A stretch of DNA of 63,323 nt, counting the filler, from Craspedostauros australis (Eukaryota): NCBI GenBank assembly GCA_030167865.1. It is 14 parts of 14 records of this genome, joined end to end, with 100 filler letters (N's around TTAATTAATTAA, not from the genome) between each part and the next. Parts side by side here need not be neighbours in the genome. Positions count along the whole stretch, not along the records: positions 52,032 to 63,323 come from JALAGF010002301.1; 13 more parts are not named here. One strand, given 5' to 3'. The position numbers were made by a program, and so were the translations under genes. The notes below the pieces were generated by a model. It made no database searches. It was not told the DNA's origin and worked only from the letters and a program-made list of their open reading frames with translations. How positions within the stretch are numbered: position 1 is the stretch's first letter; each line of letters begins with the position of its first letter. This document shows positions 60,801-63,323 of this stretch, one piece after another.

Positions 60801-61615
60801 TGTTGGCAAGTTCCAGTCACGGAAGCCTACGATCGTGGAAGACGGTGTTGTTGATAGTCGGTATGTTTGCTATTTCATTTGTTGAGACTCCAATCCTCTT
60901 GGTGTCTCCGTTGTCTTGCCCAATGCTCTTGGCATGTTTGTCTATCTCATAGATTGGATCTCTGACTATGAGTCGGTACATGAGATACTCTCTTGCTACT
61001 ATTCGTATGCTCTCTCTCTCTCTCTTTCCTCAATGTTGCATGTCCATGCTACACGATACTCCATGTTTGATGTGTACTCTGCATTTGACACTCTGTTCAT
61101 TCACTACTGACTTCTACTCCATGAGTGCTTGCCACTTGAACTCCACCTCGTGTATCCATGATCTCGATGCCCTTCAGTCATCGAATCTTCACCTTCTGCT
61201 CCTGACATGGAGACAGATGTCGACATGGTGACATGATGACATCCTGTCTATGTCAGCTGGTGTCTTCCTTGTTCCTCCAGATGTCACATTCCATCAATGA
61301 TGCGATGGTCTGTCAGATGATATTGTCATCTGGGGTTTAGTTGGGAGGTACATCGAGCTTTGCTCGATACCATACGTTTCCATTGATGGATGGACGGACG
61401 ATGTTCCTGATTCTCTCAGAAATCGTTGATTGCAAATTTCCTTCAGAAATTCTACTCATTTTCGTGTGTTCCATTTCCACTGTAATTCTGACGAATCACA
61501 TCATACTATTGACACGAGTGTAGTTTTACCGTCTGTACATGTATAAGAGCATAGCGGGTGAACGATGCACATATACACGTACATCTCGGCATATACTCAC
61601 ATATACATCTCGATA
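60801..61615 (+). mobile_element. LTR-like family B, full and more decayed copy
   Basis: TGTTGGCAAG...CATCTCGATA, homologous end to end with the other copies. Confidence 0.85.
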
Positions 61616-62052
61616 TTGCTGGTGGGATAGGCGCGACAGGTGATGCAACATCAGGCGCAGCAGAGGGTGACACGTTCACGACAACGCTCACCAAAGTCCC
61701 ATCGCCGACACCTTGTCCTTCCGAGCGCACCCTGATGTTGGAGTCGTCAAAGGCACCTCTGTTGTTGTTGAGGATGTGTACAAACATGTGCAGCTCGCGA
61801 GTGTGTGCATGCATACTGTTCGGTACGAGGCCTCCATCCGTTGCATGCATCGGCTTCACATCAATCAATTGCATGATGGTGGTCGGCTTCCTCAATGTAG
61901 TGGATGGCTTGTCAGGCAACAGTTGCTCTGCAGTTGGCAGCAAGTTCCCTTTCGAATCGACAGGAGGAGCAGACACAGGGTGAGCGCGAGGTTTCTTACT
62001 GGGGGAGGGGTTGCCATCCTTGGAGAGGGCCTTGGTGGTAGAGAAAGGCATG
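61616..62052 (-). CDS. Hypothetical ORF start (MPFSTTKALS...) cut by the family B element
   Basis: ATG-started frame runs into the element end; no domain recognised. Confidence 0.3.
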
Positions 62053-63323
62053 ATGCAGTTGTTTCTGTGGAGTAGTGTGGTTTGCTGGTTGGATGTGACG
62101 AACTGCACTGGTGTGAGACGAAGTGAGAAAAGGAGAGCATTGAATGAAGGCCGATCATTCAGCAACAATGACAACTACTACCACTACTACTACTCTGACG
62201 AGAACAGGCATTGAGCGAAAGGGCGAGTGTGCATGGCATTGGCAAGGAAAGTTGTGAATGAAGCCAAAGTGTGGCACAATTTTATGAAATGATGGCGATG
62301 ATGTGTTTTGTGTGATGTGTTTTGTGACGAGCAGAACGTGGAATCATGTGCTGCATACTAACGTGTAATTAACGCGTACCAAACGACCGACACCTTCGGG
62401 AGGATGTCCGTGACTGATCACCTCACGGTAAATACACGAGAACATTATCGAACCTTCGGCAGAAACGAACAAATTTGCTGCTGTTGGATCAACGCGACTG
62501 CAATGCACACATAGATCACTCCATAAAAGTTAAAATGAAACCAAGTACAAGCTGAAAGGGTCCACCATATGTAAATAGACTACGAGGATTATATATGTAA
62601 TTAGTTTTAAACTCCCAGAAAAACGACTAGACTCTTCATTTCAAACAGTTGGTCGACTCGCTCAAGTGGGTCATGGATACTCCGCACAAACAGCCAATCC
62701 CGCAATTGCATGTGCAACGATCGGAAGAGAGATAAGACCCACTTGAGTGACGGGACCTGCAGTCGGTCCTGAGGGGGTGGGAAGATACGGGGCTTTCGAC
62801 CCAGACACCCACATATTCATAAACTAGAAACAAATATAAGAATCATAGTGGACGCCGATTTTGGTTTAATGTCTTAGTTTAATTTTTATCCACCTTTGTA
62901 GATTTACGGTCCTCTTGGTCGAATATGCACACTGATCCGTAATGATCGCAAGGCATTGATTAGCTTTTACGATGCAAACAACGGAATGTGCCCAGACACG
63001 TTCGGGAAAGAACTTTTTTTGACGGGTTGCGTACGGAATTTGACATTTCAGCGACGTCATTGTTTGGCCTGTCCGAACACGTTTTCGAAATAACTATCCG
63101 TTATTAGACGTTATCATTCAAATTCAAAATTTGACTCTCGTCACATGCCACAAATCTCCTCGCATTTTGCCACTAAATCGCGTTTTGCTTTTCGTGGTGG
63201 TGTGCAGTGCTTGTTGCATGTTCATGTAGTGTTTGCATCGGCACCTTCTTGCGTCCCTCCTGCTCAGTTCACTTCCATCACTAGTAGTCTTCTCCATCTA
63301 CCCATCAGTACCAATCAGCATCA

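Noticed and set aside
1..63323. Operon-like or clustered system across the window
   Set aside because: Contigs are artificially concatenated, so only within-contig linkage can be interpreted.

Overview
This is eukaryotic sequence, almost certainly from a diatom: GT-AG introns, a diatom-type NRT2, a DUF6824 protein, a cyclase-PDE fusion and CoDi-type copia elements. It is not a continuous locus. Fourteen contigs are joined by 13 artificial 100-bp N-TTAATTAATTAA-N linkers, so adjacency across linkers is meaningless. Host genes, several reconstructed by splicing: NRT2, an SDR epimerase/reductase, an ankyrin protein, an SMP-30-like propeller, an RS-rich protein, a DUF6824 protein, two paralogous 5-TM alpha/beta-hydrolases, a PDZ-ferredoxin, a VRK/CK1-like kinase, a truncated PIG-W/GWT1, a cyclase-PDE fusion, a Beta_propel protein and three Cys-rich solenoid proteins. 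Mobile and repeated DNA: two LINE 3' ends, two copia fragments, degenerate Sola3-like transposases, two LTR-like families, and 192-bp, 13-bp and 12-bp tandem repeats. Best leads: (1) a secreted protein with an RQL motif, pentalysine clusters and 17 gapless 18-aa Cys repeats (candidate biosilica protein); (2) the membrane-anchored bacterial-type hydrolase pair; (3) LINE ends abutting one satellite family; (4) LTR-like copies without TSDs that join unrelated sequences. All family assignments come from motif recognition, not database searches.
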